From contig JBFMAY010000012.1 of the NCBI GenBank assembly GCA_040755455.1, positions 24,274-88,273 of the forward strand: a stretch of DNA of 64,000 nucleotides, in the 5' to 3' direction. The DNA is from Thermodesulfobacteriota bacterium (GTDB taxonomy: Bacteria > Desulfobacterota > Desulfobulbia > Desulfobulbales > SURF-16). Every line of letters starts with the position of its first letter. Position 1 is the stretch's first letter. This document shows positions 1-10,159 of the stretch, in pieces. Below the pieces are notes generated by a model, which had not been told where the DNA came from, ran no database searches, and saw only the letters and a list, made by a program, of their open reading frames with translations. A program made the position numbers and the translations under genes.

Positions 1-192
1 GGCTATGACGCGGTCCACCGCATGAGCGCCGGCATCCCCCGGGAGATCAACCGCCTGCTCTATAACGGCTTTCTCGAGGCCTTGAGCCGCAACCAGCAGA
101 TCATAAGCGGCGCGCTCATCGAGACCGCCGGCCACAAACTCGGAATACCCCATGGGCAAACTCAGCAAACTGCGGCTCAAGCAACCGAGTAA
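1..192 (+). CDS. 3' fragment of an ExeA/GspA-like AAA+ ATPase (truncated by the window edge)
   Basis: My frame-1 translation is GYDAVHRMSAGIPREINRLLYNGFLEALSRNQQIISGALIETAGHKLG...ATE*, with TAA at 190-192. GxPRxIN followed by a helical tail is typical of the ExeA-family C-terminus. Not in the ORF track. Confidence 0.6.
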   Translation, partial: GYDAVHRMSAGIPREINRLLYNGFLEALSRNQQIISGALIETAGHKLGIPHGQTQQTAAQATE

Positions 193-544
193 GGATAGAA
201 AAGACCAGGAGGGGGTGGGTGAGGCGGAACTCGCCGTGCTGAGCGGGGGAGTGTTGCCTGGGAATGGGGGAAATGGTGGGAGGCAGGTGGAAGGCAAGGA
301 TGGCACCCATGGCCCTTCGGTTTCCCGTAGAAGACGAAAGGGCGGGAAATAACTCAGGGTGGTTGCTGCAAGTTTTATTTCCGGACAGGAAACATCTCCG
401 CAGGCACTTTTCCTGCCGCTTGTTCCCCTGTAATCGTTTACATTACCCTTGCCAGAACCCCATAAACGCTTCACTTTATGATGCGATTACAAGGTGTATT
501 CGCTTCGCGGTCAACCTTATATTACTGCCTGACTCCACGCCCCT

Positions 545-1819
545 TCAGCCGTTTTCACCACCACTGCCCCCTGCCCCGCCCTGGATTCTTCTAATCAATC
601 CATAGGGTTGCCACGATATTTCCGGGCTGGTGGCAAGCAGCACCCGGCTGCCTGAATTGGCCTGTTCCAGCGGCCGGCCGGCCGGTTCCGTCACCGCCAG
701 CAGCTCAAAGGGCACATTATCTAACCCGACCGCCATGTATTCCAGCCGTTCGCCGGGCCTGATCCGGTTGCGCACCGCAACCAGGGGCCGGGCGCCCGGC
801 TCCAGCACAATCCCGGCCGGCACATAGGTCTGATCCACCACCGCCCCGGTGTAGCACATGTCATCCTCCTGCGGCGCGCCGTCAAAAAAATTCTCCGTAT
901 AGCCGCGGGTGCCGAGCTTGGCGATCTCCTCCATAAAGACCTGCGGCATGACCACCGGCGCTCCGGGTGCATCCTCCAAACAGCGATAAACATGATCCAG
1001 GGCCGCCCGGTAAATGCGGACGATGCCACCGGCGTAATAGATGCCTTTCATGCGGCCCTCGATCTTGATGGAATCCACCCCGGCCGCGACGATTTCCGGC
1101 AATCGGTTGATCAGGCAGAGGTCCTTGCTGTTGAAGATATAGGTGCCGCGGCCATCCTCCTCCACCGGGAAAAACTGGCCCGGTCTTTTTTCCTCCTGCA
1201 GACGGTAATCATAGCGGCAGGGATGGGCGCAATTGCCCTGATTGGCATCCCGGCCGGTGAGGTAGAGACTCAGCAGGCAGCGACCGGAATAAGAAATGCA
1301 CAACGCGCCGTGGACAAAGATCTCGATCTTGGCCGAGATGCCTTTCCTGATCTCGCTGATCTCGGCCAGGGTCAGCTCCCGGGCGAGATTGAGCCGGGAA
1401 ACGCCCAGTTCCTGCCAGAAACGGGCGCTTTCCACATTGGTCACATTGGCCTGGGTGGAGAGATGGATGGACATGTTCGGCACCACCTCCTTTGCCACCC
1501 GCAGCACGCCGGGATCAGAGATGATCAGCCCGTCCACGCCGATCTCGGCAAGCCGCGCAAGATAAGCGGGCAATCCTCCCAAATCCCGGTTATGGGCAAA
1601 GATGTTGACCGTGACAAAAACCCGGACCTGCCGGGCATGGGCAAAAACCACGGCCTCCTGCAGGTCGTCCTCGGAAAAATTAGTGGCATGGGCCCGGAGG
1701 CTGAACTCCTTGCCCCCCAGGTACACGGCATCGGCCCCGTAATGGATGACCGTCCGGAGTTTCTCAAGACTGCCGGCCGGGGCCAGCAGCTCGCAGCGGG
1801 GCCTGTTATTGTTATCCAT
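545..1819 (-). CDS. U32 family peptidase-like protein (TrhP/PrtC type, probably tRNA hydroxylation)
   Basis: Motifs ELLAPAGS, HLSTQAN, FVHGALCISYSGRCLLS, RDANQGNCAHPCR, SKDLC and KIEGRMK. ATG at 1819; alternative GTG at 1831. Confidence 0.88.
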   Translation of the reverse strand: MDNNNRPRCELLAPAGSLEKLRTVIHYGADAVYLGGKEFSLRAHATNFSEDDLQEAVVFAHARQVRVFVTVNIFAHNRDLGGLPAYLARLAEIGVDGLIISDPGVLRVAKEVVPNMSIHLSTQANVTNVESARFWQELGVSRLNLARELTLAEISEIRKGISAKIEIFVHGALCISYSGRCLLSLYLTGRDANQGNCAHPCRYDYRLQEEKRPGQFFPVEEDGRGTYIFNSKDLCLINRLPEIVAAGVDSIKIEGRMKGIYYAGGIVRIYRAALDHVYRCLEDAPGAPVVMPQVFMEEIAKLGTRGYTENFFDGAPQEDDMCYTGAVVDQTYVPAGIVLEPGARPLVAVRNRIRPGERLEYMAVGLDNVPFELLAVTEPAGRPLEQANSGSRVLLATSPEISWQPYGLIRRIQGGAGGSGGENG

Positions 1820-1976
1820 GAATAAGTTCACGATTATCTTTGGTCCGGTTTATTGCAAAAGGGAAGAGGCCGGTAAATGCACCGGATCAGCTAAAAAAAT
1901 GTTGACTGCTTCAAGCCTAAACTGGTTGAATGGAGTCTTTTGCGGTCCAGATTAACCTTTTTCTTCTGATGCTTCA

Positions 1977-3002
1977 ATGGCTGAAAAAATTGCCGTGGCC
2001 ATGAGCGGCGGGGTCGACAGCACGGTATGCGCTGCACTGCTTGAGAAAAACCATGAAGTCCACGGGTTTTTCATGAACCTTGGCCTGCCTGACCATGAGG
2101 AACAGATCGCCAGGGTCGGCAGGGTGGCCGAGCGGCTTGCCATCGGCCTGGAGGTTATCGAGCTGGCCGATATTTTCCAAAAAGAAATCATTAATTATTT
2201 CTGTCAGAGCTATGCGGCGGGCATCACGCCGAATCCCTGCGTGCTCTGTAATCCCCGCATCAAGTTCGGCAGACTGCTCGAGGCGGTGCGGGCCCGGGGC
2301 ATCGACCGGATGGCCACCGGCCATTATGTGCGCGTAAGCGATGACGGTCTGCATCTGCTGAAAGGCCTGGACCGAGGCAAGGACCAGTCCTATTTTCTCT
2401 GCGGCCTCAGCCGGGCGCAGCTCAAACACCTGGTTTTCCCCCTGGGCGAACTGACCAAGGATGAGGTATACCAAATAGCCAGCGGCCTTGGTTTTGACCA
2501 CCGGCCGGACACGGAAAGCCAGGATGTCTGTTTTTTAAAAAACATGGGCCCCGGCGATCTGCTGAAAAGAAAGACAGACGACGCAAAAGGTGATATTGTC
2601 ACGCAAAACGGGGAAAAAATCGGCAGTCATGGGGGGGTTTTTCACTATACCGTCGGCCAGCGCCGGGGGCTGGGCGTCTGCGACAGCACCCCCTACTATG
2701 TCACCGGCCTTGATGCCGCGAAAAAGCAGGTCATCGTGGGCAAAGAGGCGGATCTATGGCACAATGAGCTGCGGGTGCGGGACGTCAACTGGATCGCCGG
2801 CGCGGCCCCCCAGCTGCCCGTGCGCCTGGCGGTAAAGATCCGCTACCGGCATCAGGCGGCCCCGGCGGAGATTTGCGAGGAAGGTGATCTGCTCCGGGTC
2901 ATTTTCGCGCAACCCCAGCGGGCCATCACCCCCGGACAGTTTGCCGTCTTTTATGAGAATGATGAGGTCATCGGCGGCGGAGAGATTGCAGGCAAAGCAT
3001 GA
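1977..3002 (+). CDS. mnmA: tRNA 2-thiouridine(34) synthase MnmA
   Basis: SGGVDS PP-loop, TPNPCVLCN, ATGHY, KDQSYFL, ESQDVCF, YTVGQRRG and AITPGQ motifs. Confidence 0.97.
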   Translation: MAEKIAVAMSGGVDSTVCAALLEKNHEVHGFFMNLGLPDHEEQIARVGRVAERLAIGLEVIELADIFQKEIINYFCQSYAAGITPNPCVLCNPRIKFGRLLEAVRARGIDRMATGHYVRVSDDGLHLLKGLDRGKDQSYFLCGLSRAQLKHLVFPLGELTKDEVYQIASGLGFDHRPDTESQDVCFLKNMGPGDLLKRKTDDAKGDIVTQNGEKIGSHGGVFHYTVGQRRGLGVCDSTPYYVTGLDAAKKQVIVGKEADLWHNELRVRDVNWIAGAAPQLPVRLAVKIRYRHQAAPAEICEEGDLLRVIFAQPQRAITPGQFAVFYENDEVIGGGEIAGKA

Positions 3003-4321
3003 CAGCAAAAAAGAAGCCCATAAAGGTGGCCATCACCACCCTGGGATGCAAGGTCAACCAGTTTGAGTCGGCCTCCTTTCTCACAGGCCTTACGGAGCGG
3101 GGTGCGGAAATCGTGCCCTTTTCACATAAGGCGGACGTCTATATCATTAATACCTGCGCCGTGACCGGCAAGGCCGGGGCCCAGTCCCGGCAGATGATCA
3201 GAAGGGCGCTGAAGACCAACAGCAAGGCCCGGCTGATCGTCACCGGCTGCTATGCCCAGGTGGCCACCCAGAAGGTGCTGGAGATCGGCGACTGGTCCGT
3301 CTGCATTGTCGGCAACGGCTACAAACACCGGCTGGTGGACATCGCCCTGGCGGAAAAGCACTGCGACCTGGAGATGCACATGGGGGATATCGGCAGCCAA
3401 AAAGCGATCTGCCCCCTGCCCGTCCGCCGTTTCCCGGACGACCGCACCCGGGCCTTTCTGAAAATCCAGGATGGCTGCAACAGCTTCTGCTCCTACTGCA
3501 TCGTGCCCTATGCCAGGGGCCGCAGCCGCAGCCTGCCGGTTGACGCTGCCCTGGAGCAGATAAGGGTCTTTGCCGCCAATGGCTATAAGGAAATCGTGCT
3601 GACCGGCATCCATGTGGGCATGTATGGCCTTGACCTCGGGCCGCAGACCCGCCTGCTTGACTTGATCGAGCTGGCCACGGCAGGCTTTCCGGCCATCCGT
3701 TTCCGGCTCAGTTCGCTGGAGCCCGGCGAGGTGCAGGAGGAAATTCTCGCTCTCATGGCCGCCCGGCCGAACTTCATGCCCCATCTGCATATCCCCCTGC
3801 AGAGCGGGGATGACCGGATACTAAGAGAGATGAACCGCCGCTACCGGGCCGATGATTTTGCCCGACTGATCGGCCGGATCCGGGAGAAAATCCCCCATGC
3901 CGCCATCGGGGTGGATGTGCTGGCCGGTTTTCCCAATGAGGACGAGGCGGCCTTTGCCAATACGCACTCGCTGCTTGAGGGCCTGCCCGTGACCTACCTC
4001 CATGTCTTTCCTTACTCGAAAAGGCCGGGGACCATTGCGGCGGGCCTGGCCAACCAGATTACCGGCCCCATTAAAGATGAAAGGGTGGCGCGCCTGCGCC
4101 TGCTCAGCGAGCAGAAAAAAACAGCATTTTACCAACAGCATCTCGGTTCAACCCTGCGGGTGCTGGCGGAAAACAAGAACAACCGTTACCGGCTCATGCG
4201 GGGTTTTACGGAAAATTATATCCCCGTTCTCTTCCCGGCACAGGAGAATATGAGCAACCAGATTGTTGACGTCTTCCTTGACCGGTTGGAAGATGGCATA
4301 GTATTCGGGCGGACAGTATGA
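2999..4321 (+). CDS. mtaB: tRNA t6A37 methylthiotransferase MtaB (radical SAM)
   Basis: TLGCKVNQFES, INTCAVT, KIQDGCNSFCSYC (CxxxCxxC) and HVFPYSKRPGT. Overlaps the mnmA stop (ATGA). Confidence 0.93.
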   Translation: MTAKKKPIKVAITTLGCKVNQFESASFLTGLTERGAEIVPFSHKADVYIINTCAVTGKAGAQSRQMIRRALKTNSKARLIVTGCYAQVATQKVLEIGDWSVCIVGNGYKHRLVDIALAEKHCDLEMHMGDIGSQKAICPLPVRRFPDDRTRAFLKIQDGCNSFCSYCIVPYARGRSRSLPVDAALEQIRVFAANGYKEIVLTGIHVGMYGLDLGPQTRLLDLIELATAGFPAIRFRLSSLEPGEVQEEILALMAARPNFMPHLHIPLQSGDDRILREMNRRYRADDFARLIGRIREKIPHAAIGVDVLAGFPNEDEAAFANTHSLLEGLPVTYLHVFPYSKRPGTIAAGLANQITGPIKDERVARLRLLSEQKKTAFYQQHLGSTLRVLAENKNNRYRLMRGFTENYIPVLFPAQENMSNQIVDVFLDRLEDGIVFGRTV

Positions 4322-5571
4322 TCGGAGAAATAATAGCAATCGGCAATGAACTGACTTCCGGCAGGATTCTCAACTCAACCAGCTATTTCGCGGCCAGCCA
4401 TCTCTATGCCGCCGGCCACGAAATAGCCGCCATGGCCACCATCGGCGACGAGCCGCAGATGATCGGCAAGGCCCTGCGTGAAAGCATCGAACGGGCGGAT
4501 TTTGTCGTGGTCACCGGCGGGCTCGGCCCCACCAGTGACGACATGACCAATGCCGCGGTGGCCGACGCCTTGAACCGGCCCACCATCCTCTACCCGGAAA
4601 TTTTCGATAAAATCAAACAGTCGCAATCATTCAAGGAGATGCCCTCCCTGGAGAAACTGGCCTGGCTGCCGTCAGGCGCGGAAATCCTCAAACCGGGGGA
4701 CAAGATCGCCGGCTACATGCTGGTCTACCATGAAAAACCGATCTTCTTCCTGCCCGGCGTTCCCCATCAGATGCGGGAACTGATGCTGGACCGAGTCATT
4801 CCCCGGCTGGCCAACTGGGGCGGCAACAACGTCTCCCTGGTGAGGCAGAAGGTGTTCAAGGTTTTCGGTCTGCCCGAGCCGATGCTGCAGGAAATGCTGG
4901 CCGACCTGGAAAAAAGCAACCAGCAACTGCGCATCGGCTACTATCCCATTGCGGCCGAGGTGCATATCAGCCTGACGGTGCGCGGCAAGACCCACGAAGA
5001 AACCGAGGCCCAGTTCAGCCAGGGGGAATCCGCCATCAGAAACATTCTCGGCTGCTGCATTTACACCGATAACGGCGACACCCTGGAGGCAATTGTCGGC
5101 AGAGGCCTGAAAGAGCGGCATATGACTCTGGCCCTGGCGGAATCCTGCACAGGCGGGCTGCTGGCCCACCATGTCACCCTCATTGCCGGCAGCTCCGATT
5201 ATTTTCTCGGCGGTATCGTCGCCTATGCCGACCGGGTCAAGGAAGAGATCCTGCACGTCAGAACGGATACCCTGGAAAAATTCGGCGCCGTCAGCCGGGA
5301 GACAGCCGGGGAAATGGCGGTGGGGGTGAAAAAAATCACCGGCGCCGGCCTGGCGCTCGCCATAACCGGCATTGCCGGCCCGGGCGGCGGTTCGCCGAAA
5401 AAACCGGTGGGCACGGTCTGCTTTGCCGTAGCCGGCCGGGACACGCCCCTCACCTTTCAGTTTCACTTCACCGGCAACAGAAATACGGTGCAGACCAAAG
5501 CGGCCATGACCGGGCTTGATCTTTTGCGCCGCCATCTGCATGGTCTTGACTTTATCGACAGCGGCTGGTAG
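4318..5571 (+). CDS. cinA: CinA (molybdopterin-binding-like domain + NMN deamidase PncC domain)
   Basis: IGNELTSG, TGGLGPTSDD, LPGVP, AESCTGG, GSSDYF and ITGIAGPGGG; directly upstream of recA. Confidence 0.93.
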   Translation: MIGEIIAIGNELTSGRILNSTSYFAASHLYAAGHEIAAMATIGDEPQMIGKALRESIERADFVVVTGGLGPTSDDMTNAAVADALNRPTILYPEIFDKIKQSQSFKEMPSLEKLAWLPSGAEILKPGDKIAGYMLVYHEKPIFFLPGVPHQMRELMLDRVIPRLANWGGNNVSLVRQKVFKVFGLPEPMLQEMLADLEKSNQQLRIGYYPIAAEVHISLTVRGKTHEETEAQFSQGESAIRNILGCCIYTDNGDTLEAIVGRGLKERHMTLALAESCTGGLLAHHVTLIAGSSDYFLGGIVAYADRVKEEILHVRTDTLEKFGAVSRETAGEMAVGVKKITGAGLALAITGIAGPGGGSPKKPVGTVCFAVAGRDTPLTFQFHFTGNRNTVQTKAAMTGLDLLRRHLHGLDFIDSGW

Positions 5572-5694
5572 TGATGGAGGTTTGATAATGGCAAAACGAT
5601 ACTGAACTCTACCTAACTGTATTGCTGATTGACGTTTGGTTTCCTTATCTCAAATTGATACCGGCCAAGCCGGTTTTAGGCAGGAGCATAGACA

Positions 5695-6741
5695 ATGACC
5701 ATCTCTGAGGGAAAAAGCAAAACTCTTGATACCGCGATTCTGCAGATCCATAAACAGTTCGGCAAAGGGTCGATCATGCGTCTTGGCTCCGCCGAGACCG
5801 AGGCCATCCCGGTCATCTCCACCGGCGCGCTGAGCCTTGATATCGCCACCGGGGTCGGCGGCTTTCCCAGGGGCAGGATCGCGGAAATTTACGGCCCGGA
5901 ATCGTCGGGAAAAACCACCCTGGCCCTGCATCTCATTGCCGAGGCCCAGATGGCGGGTGGCACCGCAGCCTTTATCGACGCCGAGCATGCCCTTGATATC
6001 CACTACGCCGATCGGCTCGGGGTCAATACGGACGACCTGCTGGTCTCCCAACCGGACTACGGCGAACAGGCCCTGGAGATTGCCGAAATTCTTATCCGCA
6101 GCGGCTCGGTTGACGTGATTGTCATTGACTCGGTGGCCGCCCTGGTCCCCAAGGCGGAGATAGACGGCAACATCGGCGATTCCCATATGGGACTGCAGGC
6201 CAGGCTCATGTCGCAAACCATGCGCAAGCTGACCGGTATCCTGAAAAAAAGCAACACGGCCCTGGTCTTCATCAACCAGATCCGCATGAAAATCGGCGTC
6301 ATGTTCGGCAACCCGGAAACCACCACCGGCGGCACCGCCCTCAAATTCTATTCCACCATGCGTTTTGACATCCGCAAACAGGCAGCCATCAAGGATGGAC
6401 AGGATGTCATCGGTAACCGCACCAAGGTAAAAATCGTCAAAAACAAGGTTGCTCCCCCGTTTAAAGAAGCGGAGTTTGACATTATCTACGGCGAAGGCAT
6501 CTCCAGGGCCGGCGATCTGCTGGATCTGGCCGCGAATCTGAACATCATTGAAAAAAGCGGGGCCTGGTACTCTTACAGCAACGAACGCATCGGCCAGGGC
6601 CGGGAAAATGCCAAGGATTATTTGAAAGAACATCCGGAGATGATGGCGGAAATAGACCGGAAGGTCCGCCAGGGCTTTGGCCTGCCCGTTGCCGGAGAGG
6701 CAATGGCGGATGCAAAACCCCCTCTGCCGGAAACAGTCTGA
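5695..6741 (+). CDS. recA: Recombinase RecA
   Basis: [30 protein letters not shown] and [29 protein letters not shown] upstream. Confidence 0.99.
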   Translation: MTISEGKSKTLDTAILQIHKQFGKGSIMRLGSAETEAIPVISTGALSLDIATGVGGFPRGRIAEIYGPESSGKTTLALHLIAEAQMAGGTAAFIDAEHALDIHYADRLGVNTDDLLVSQPDYGEQALEIAEILIRSGSVDVIVIDSVAALVPKAEIDGNIGDSHMGLQARLMSQTMRKLTGILKKSNTALVFINQIRMKIGVMFGNPETTTGGTALKFYSTMRFDIRKQAAIKDGQDVIGNRTKVKIVKNKVAPPFKEAEFDIIYGEGISRAGDLLDLAANLNIIEKSGAWYSYSNERIGQGRENAKDYLKEHPEMMAEIDRKVRQGFGLPVAGEAMADAKPPLPETV

Positions 6742-6843
6742 TTACTTAAATTGAACCGCTGCACCTGCCTGCGCGATGATTTTTATCGTGGAGCGTGCGA
6801 CTGCGTTCTGAACACCATTAATATTATATAGCACCACACCGAT

Positions 6844-9489
6844 ATGACTGGAAACGACATTCGCCAAAAATTCTTATCTTACTTTGCGGACAAGGGCCAT
6901 ACCGTAGTTGACAGTTCGGCCCTGGTTCCCCATGACGACCCCACCCTGCTGTTCACCAATGCCGGCATGGTGCAGTTCAAACGGCTGTTTACCGGCGAGG
7001 AAAAACGCGAATACACCCGGGCCGCCACCTGCCAGCGCTGCGTCAGGGCCGGCGGCAAGCACAATGACCTGGACAATGTGGGCTATACGGCCCGGCATCA
7101 CACCTTTTTCGAGATGCTGGGCAATTTTTCCTTTGGCGACTATTTCAAACAAGACGCCATCCGCTACGCATGGGACTTTCTCACCAAAGTCGTCGGACTG
7201 CCCACCGAAAAACTGTGGGTTTCCGTTTTTGAGGACGATGACGAGGCCTATCAGCTGTGGGAAAAGATTGAAGATCTGCCCAAGGGCCGCATCATCCGTT
7301 TAGGTGCAAAAGACAATTTCTGGGCCATGGGCGATACCGGCCCCTGCGGCCCCTGTTCGGAAATCCATATCGACCAGGGCAGGGAGGTAGGCTGCGGCCG
7401 GCCTGAGTGCGCGCTGGGCTGCGACTGTGACCGCTTTCTTGAGGTGTGGAATCTGGTGTTCATGCAGTTTGAACGCAGCGAGGACGGCACCATGACACCG
7501 CTGCCCAAGCCGAGCATTGACACGGGCATGGGGCTGGAACGCATCGCCGCGGTCACCCAGGGCAAGCACAGCAATTACGAGTCCGACCTGTTCACTCCGA
7601 TCATTGCCACTATCGCCGGGGTGGCCGGCACCCGGTACGGCAGAGACGACCGCGCCGACACCGCCATGCGCGTCATCGCCGACCACTGCCGCACCACCGC
7701 TTTCCTGGTGGCGGACGGGGTGCTGCCATCCAATGAAGGCCGGGGCTATGTGCTGCGGCGCATCATGCGGCGGGCCATCCGCTTCGGCCGCACCCTCGGC
7801 TTGACCAGGCCTTTCCTGAGTACCATCACCAGCAAGGTGGTGCAGGAGATGTCCCCCGCCTATCCCCACCTCAATGACGCCGTTGAGCTGCTGGAGCAGG
7901 TGGTCGGCAACGAGGAGGAACGCTTCCTGGAGACCCTGGGCAACGGCCTGGAAATGCTGGGCAAGGAGATCCATCGCCTGAAAAAGGAAAAAAAGAAAAT
8001 CATCGATGGGGATTTCATCTTCAAACTGTATGACACCTATGGCTTTCCGGTGGATATCGTCAGGGATGTTTCCATTGAAGAGGGATACGGCATTGACGAG
8101 GCCGGTTACAATAAAGCCATGGCGGTCCAAAAGGCGCAGTCCCGCAAATCCTGGAAGGGAAGCGGGCTGGCGGAAATCGGCGCAGGCCTGCGCCAGCTCA
8201 TCAGCCTGGAAGTGAAAAGCAGCTTTGTCGGTTACGCAAGACAGCAGCAGCAATCAACCCTTATTGCCATCATCAACGAACAGGGGGAGAGCAGCGGCCA
8301 GGCCGGCAAGGGGGAAAAGGTGCTGCTGGTCACCGGCGAAACACCTTTTTATGCCGAGTCGGGCGGCCAGACCGGCGATCAGGGGGAGATCACCGGCCAA
8401 TCCGGCAGGGCGAAAGTCGCCAACACCATCCAGGCCGGTGACGGCATTATCCTGCACCAGGCGGAAATGACCGAAGGGACTCTTACCTGCGGTAATGTGG
8501 TCGACCTGCGGGTCGATGACTCCAGAAGGCAGGCAATTGCCTGCAATCATACCGCCACCCACCTTCTCCAGGCGGCCCTGAAACAGGTGCTGGGTGATCA
8601 TGTCAAGCAGTCGGGCTCTCTGGTTGAGGAGGAAAGGCTTCGTTTTGACTTCACCCATTTTTCACCGTTATCACCGGCAGAGATCCAGAAAATTGAAGGC
8701 ATCGCCAATGAGGCCATCCGGGCCAACACCCCGCTGCACATTGAAAGCCTGACAAAGGAAGAGGCGATCAAGTCCGGCGCCACCGCCCTTTTCGGCGAGA
8801 AATACGGCGACACGGTGCGGGTGGTGACCATTGACCGCTTCAGCAAGGAACTCTGCGGCGGCACCCACGTGCAGGCAACCGGGGAAATCGGCCTGCTGAA
8901 GATTGTCTCGGAAACGGGCATCGCCGCCGGGGTGCGCCGCATTGAAGCGGTAAGCGGCCGGGAAGCCTTCGCCAGATTTCAGCAGGAGGATGAAAAACTC
9001 AACATGATTGCCGGGTTGCTGCGCTGCACGCCGGATGAGGCGGCAGGCAGGATTGACAAACTCATGTCCCGGGTCAAGGAACTGGAAAAAGAGGTGGGCC
9101 ACCTGCACGCCAGGCTTTCGCTGGCCAGCCTTGATTCTCTCATTGATGAAGCCAGGACGGTGAAAAATATCAGGGTGGTTGCCGCCCAGATCCCGCTTGA
9201 CTCAGCCAAAACCATGCGCGAGGTGGGAGACCGGGTGCGGGACAAACTGGGCAGCGGCGTGGCCGTGCTGGGCGGCATTCTCAATGACAAGGTTTCGCTG
9301 CTGGCAATGGTCAGCAAGGATCTGACGGGTAAAATCCAGGCGGGAAATATCATTAAAGAAGTGGCCCAGCTGGTTGGCGGCGGGGGAGGGGGGCGCCCGG
9401 ATATGGCCCAGGCAGGCGGCACCATGCCCGACAAGCTGCCCCAGGCCCTGCAGGCAGTATTTGCCATCGTAGAAAAGCAGTTGCCATGA
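6844..9489 (+). CDS. alaS: Alanine--tRNA ligase
   Basis: LLFTNAGMVQFK, HHTFFEMLGNFSFGDYFK, HTATHLL editing motif, ELCGGTH and a C-terminal GGGGRPDMAQAGG. Confidence 0.99.
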   Translation: MTGNDIRQKFLSYFADKGHTVVDSSALVPHDDPTLLFTNAGMVQFKRLFTGEEKREYTRAATCQRCVRAGGKHNDLDNVGYTARHHTFFEMLGNFSFGDYFKQDAIRYAWDFLTKVVGLPTEKLWVSVFEDDDEAYQLWEKIEDLPKGRIIRLGAKDNFWAMGDTGPCGPCSEIHIDQGREVGCGRPECALGCDCDRFLEVWNLVFMQFERSEDGTMTPLPKPSIDTGMGLERIAAVTQGKHSNYESDLFTPIIATIAGVAGTRYGRDDRADTAMRVIADHCRTTAFLVADGVLPSNEGRGYVLRRIMRRAIRFGRTLGLTRPFLSTITSKVVQEMSPAYPHLNDAVELLEQVVGNEEERFLETLGNGLEMLGKEIHRLKKEKKKIIDGDFIFKLYDTYGFPVDIVRDVSIEEGYGIDEAGYNKAMAVQKAQSRKSWKGSGLAEIGAGLRQLISLEVKSSFVGYARQQQQSTLIAIINEQGESSGQAGKGEKVLLVTGETPFYAESGGQTGDQGEITGQSGRAKVANTIQAGDGIILHQAEMTEGTLTCGNVVDLRVDDSRRQAIACNHTATHLLQAALKQVLGDHVKQSGSLVEEERLRFDFTHFSPLSPAEIQKIEGIANEAIRANTPLHIESLTKEEAIKSGATALFGEKYGDTVRVVTIDRFSKELCGGTHVQATGEIGLLKIVSETGIAAGVRRIEAVSGREAFARFQQEDEKLNMIAGLLRCTPDEAAGRIDKLMSRVKELEKEVGHLHARLSLASLDSLIDEARTVKNIRVVAAQIPLDSAKTMREVGDRVRDKLGSGVAVLGGILNDKVSLLAMVSKDLTGKIQAGNIIKEVAQLVGGGGGGRPDMAQAGGTMPDKLPQALQAVFAIVEKQLP

Positions 9490-9613
9490 AACTGCCGGAA
9501 CCGACAGATACCAGCGTAACAATGTGACACCAAATTCATTTTTTACTAACTAATATAATAACTATTCAGGATTTTGAGCGAAATATAATACAAAAATATT
9601 GGGTTAAAAAAAG

Positions 9614-9642
9614 TTGACAGCCAAAAAAGAATGTAGTAGACA
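9614..9642 (+). promoter_or_regulatory. Putative sigma70 promoter of the atp operon
   Basis: TTGACA (9614-9619), 17-nt spacer, TAGACA, within an AT-rich intergenic region. The -10 match is weak. Confidence 0.4.
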
Positions 9643-9732
9643 ACTCCATGTTTAAATGAAGCCCGATTCATTTTTTACACGAAACCATAATTATCATAAT
9701 TATTAAGTTATTCAATAGTAAGGGGGCGCTAA

Positions 9733-10158
9733 ATGATTACAGTTGACATCACCATGCCGATCCACATCCTAAACATCCTGTTTCTGATTGTGGTCCTCAA
9801 TGCAGTACTTTACCGCCCTGTGAGACGCATACTTGCGGAGCGGAAACAGAAAATTGCTGATTTAAACAACGACGTGGACACATTCAACAAGAACGCGCAA
9901 CTACGGGCTGAACAGTTTGATCAGAAATTCAGGGAAGCAAGGCGGAAAGCCAAGGCCGAATTTGATACGGCAAGAAACGAAGCTCAGGCGGCAGGTGCGG
10001 AAAAACTGCAGCAGATCAGAACCGAATCTGACAAGGCAAAAGCTGCTCAGCTGAGCACCGTTGCCTCGGAAGTAAAAGCTGCTGAACAGGCGTTAAAGGG
10101 ACAGGTGGGAAGCTTTGCGACAGAAATGGCCGGTAAGGTACTCGGGAGGGCTCTGTAA
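9733..10158 (+). CDS. atpF: F0 ATP synthase subunit b'
   Basis: N-terminal TM helix (NILFLIVVLNAVLYRPV) plus a charged coiled coil; first gene of the atp cluster. Confidence 0.92.
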   Translation: MITVDITMPIHILNILFLIVVLNAVLYRPVRRILAERKQKIADLNNDVDTFNKNAQLRAEQFDQKFREARRKAKAEFDTARNEAQAAGAEKLQQIRTESDKAKAAQLSTVASEVKAAEQALKGQVGSFATEMAGKVLGRAL

Positions 10159-10159
10159 G

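Noticed and set aside
116..605. ORFs 116..310(-), 152..352(+) and 264..605(+)
   Set aside because: They overlap the ExeA-like 3' end or the U32 gene, have low-complexity translations and show no recognisable motif or RBS.
5572..5694. LexA/SOS box upstream of recA
   Set aside because: No convincing match to the E. coli, Gram-positive, Geobacter or Myxococcus LexA motifs; only a short ACCGGC-caa-GCCGGT palindrome.
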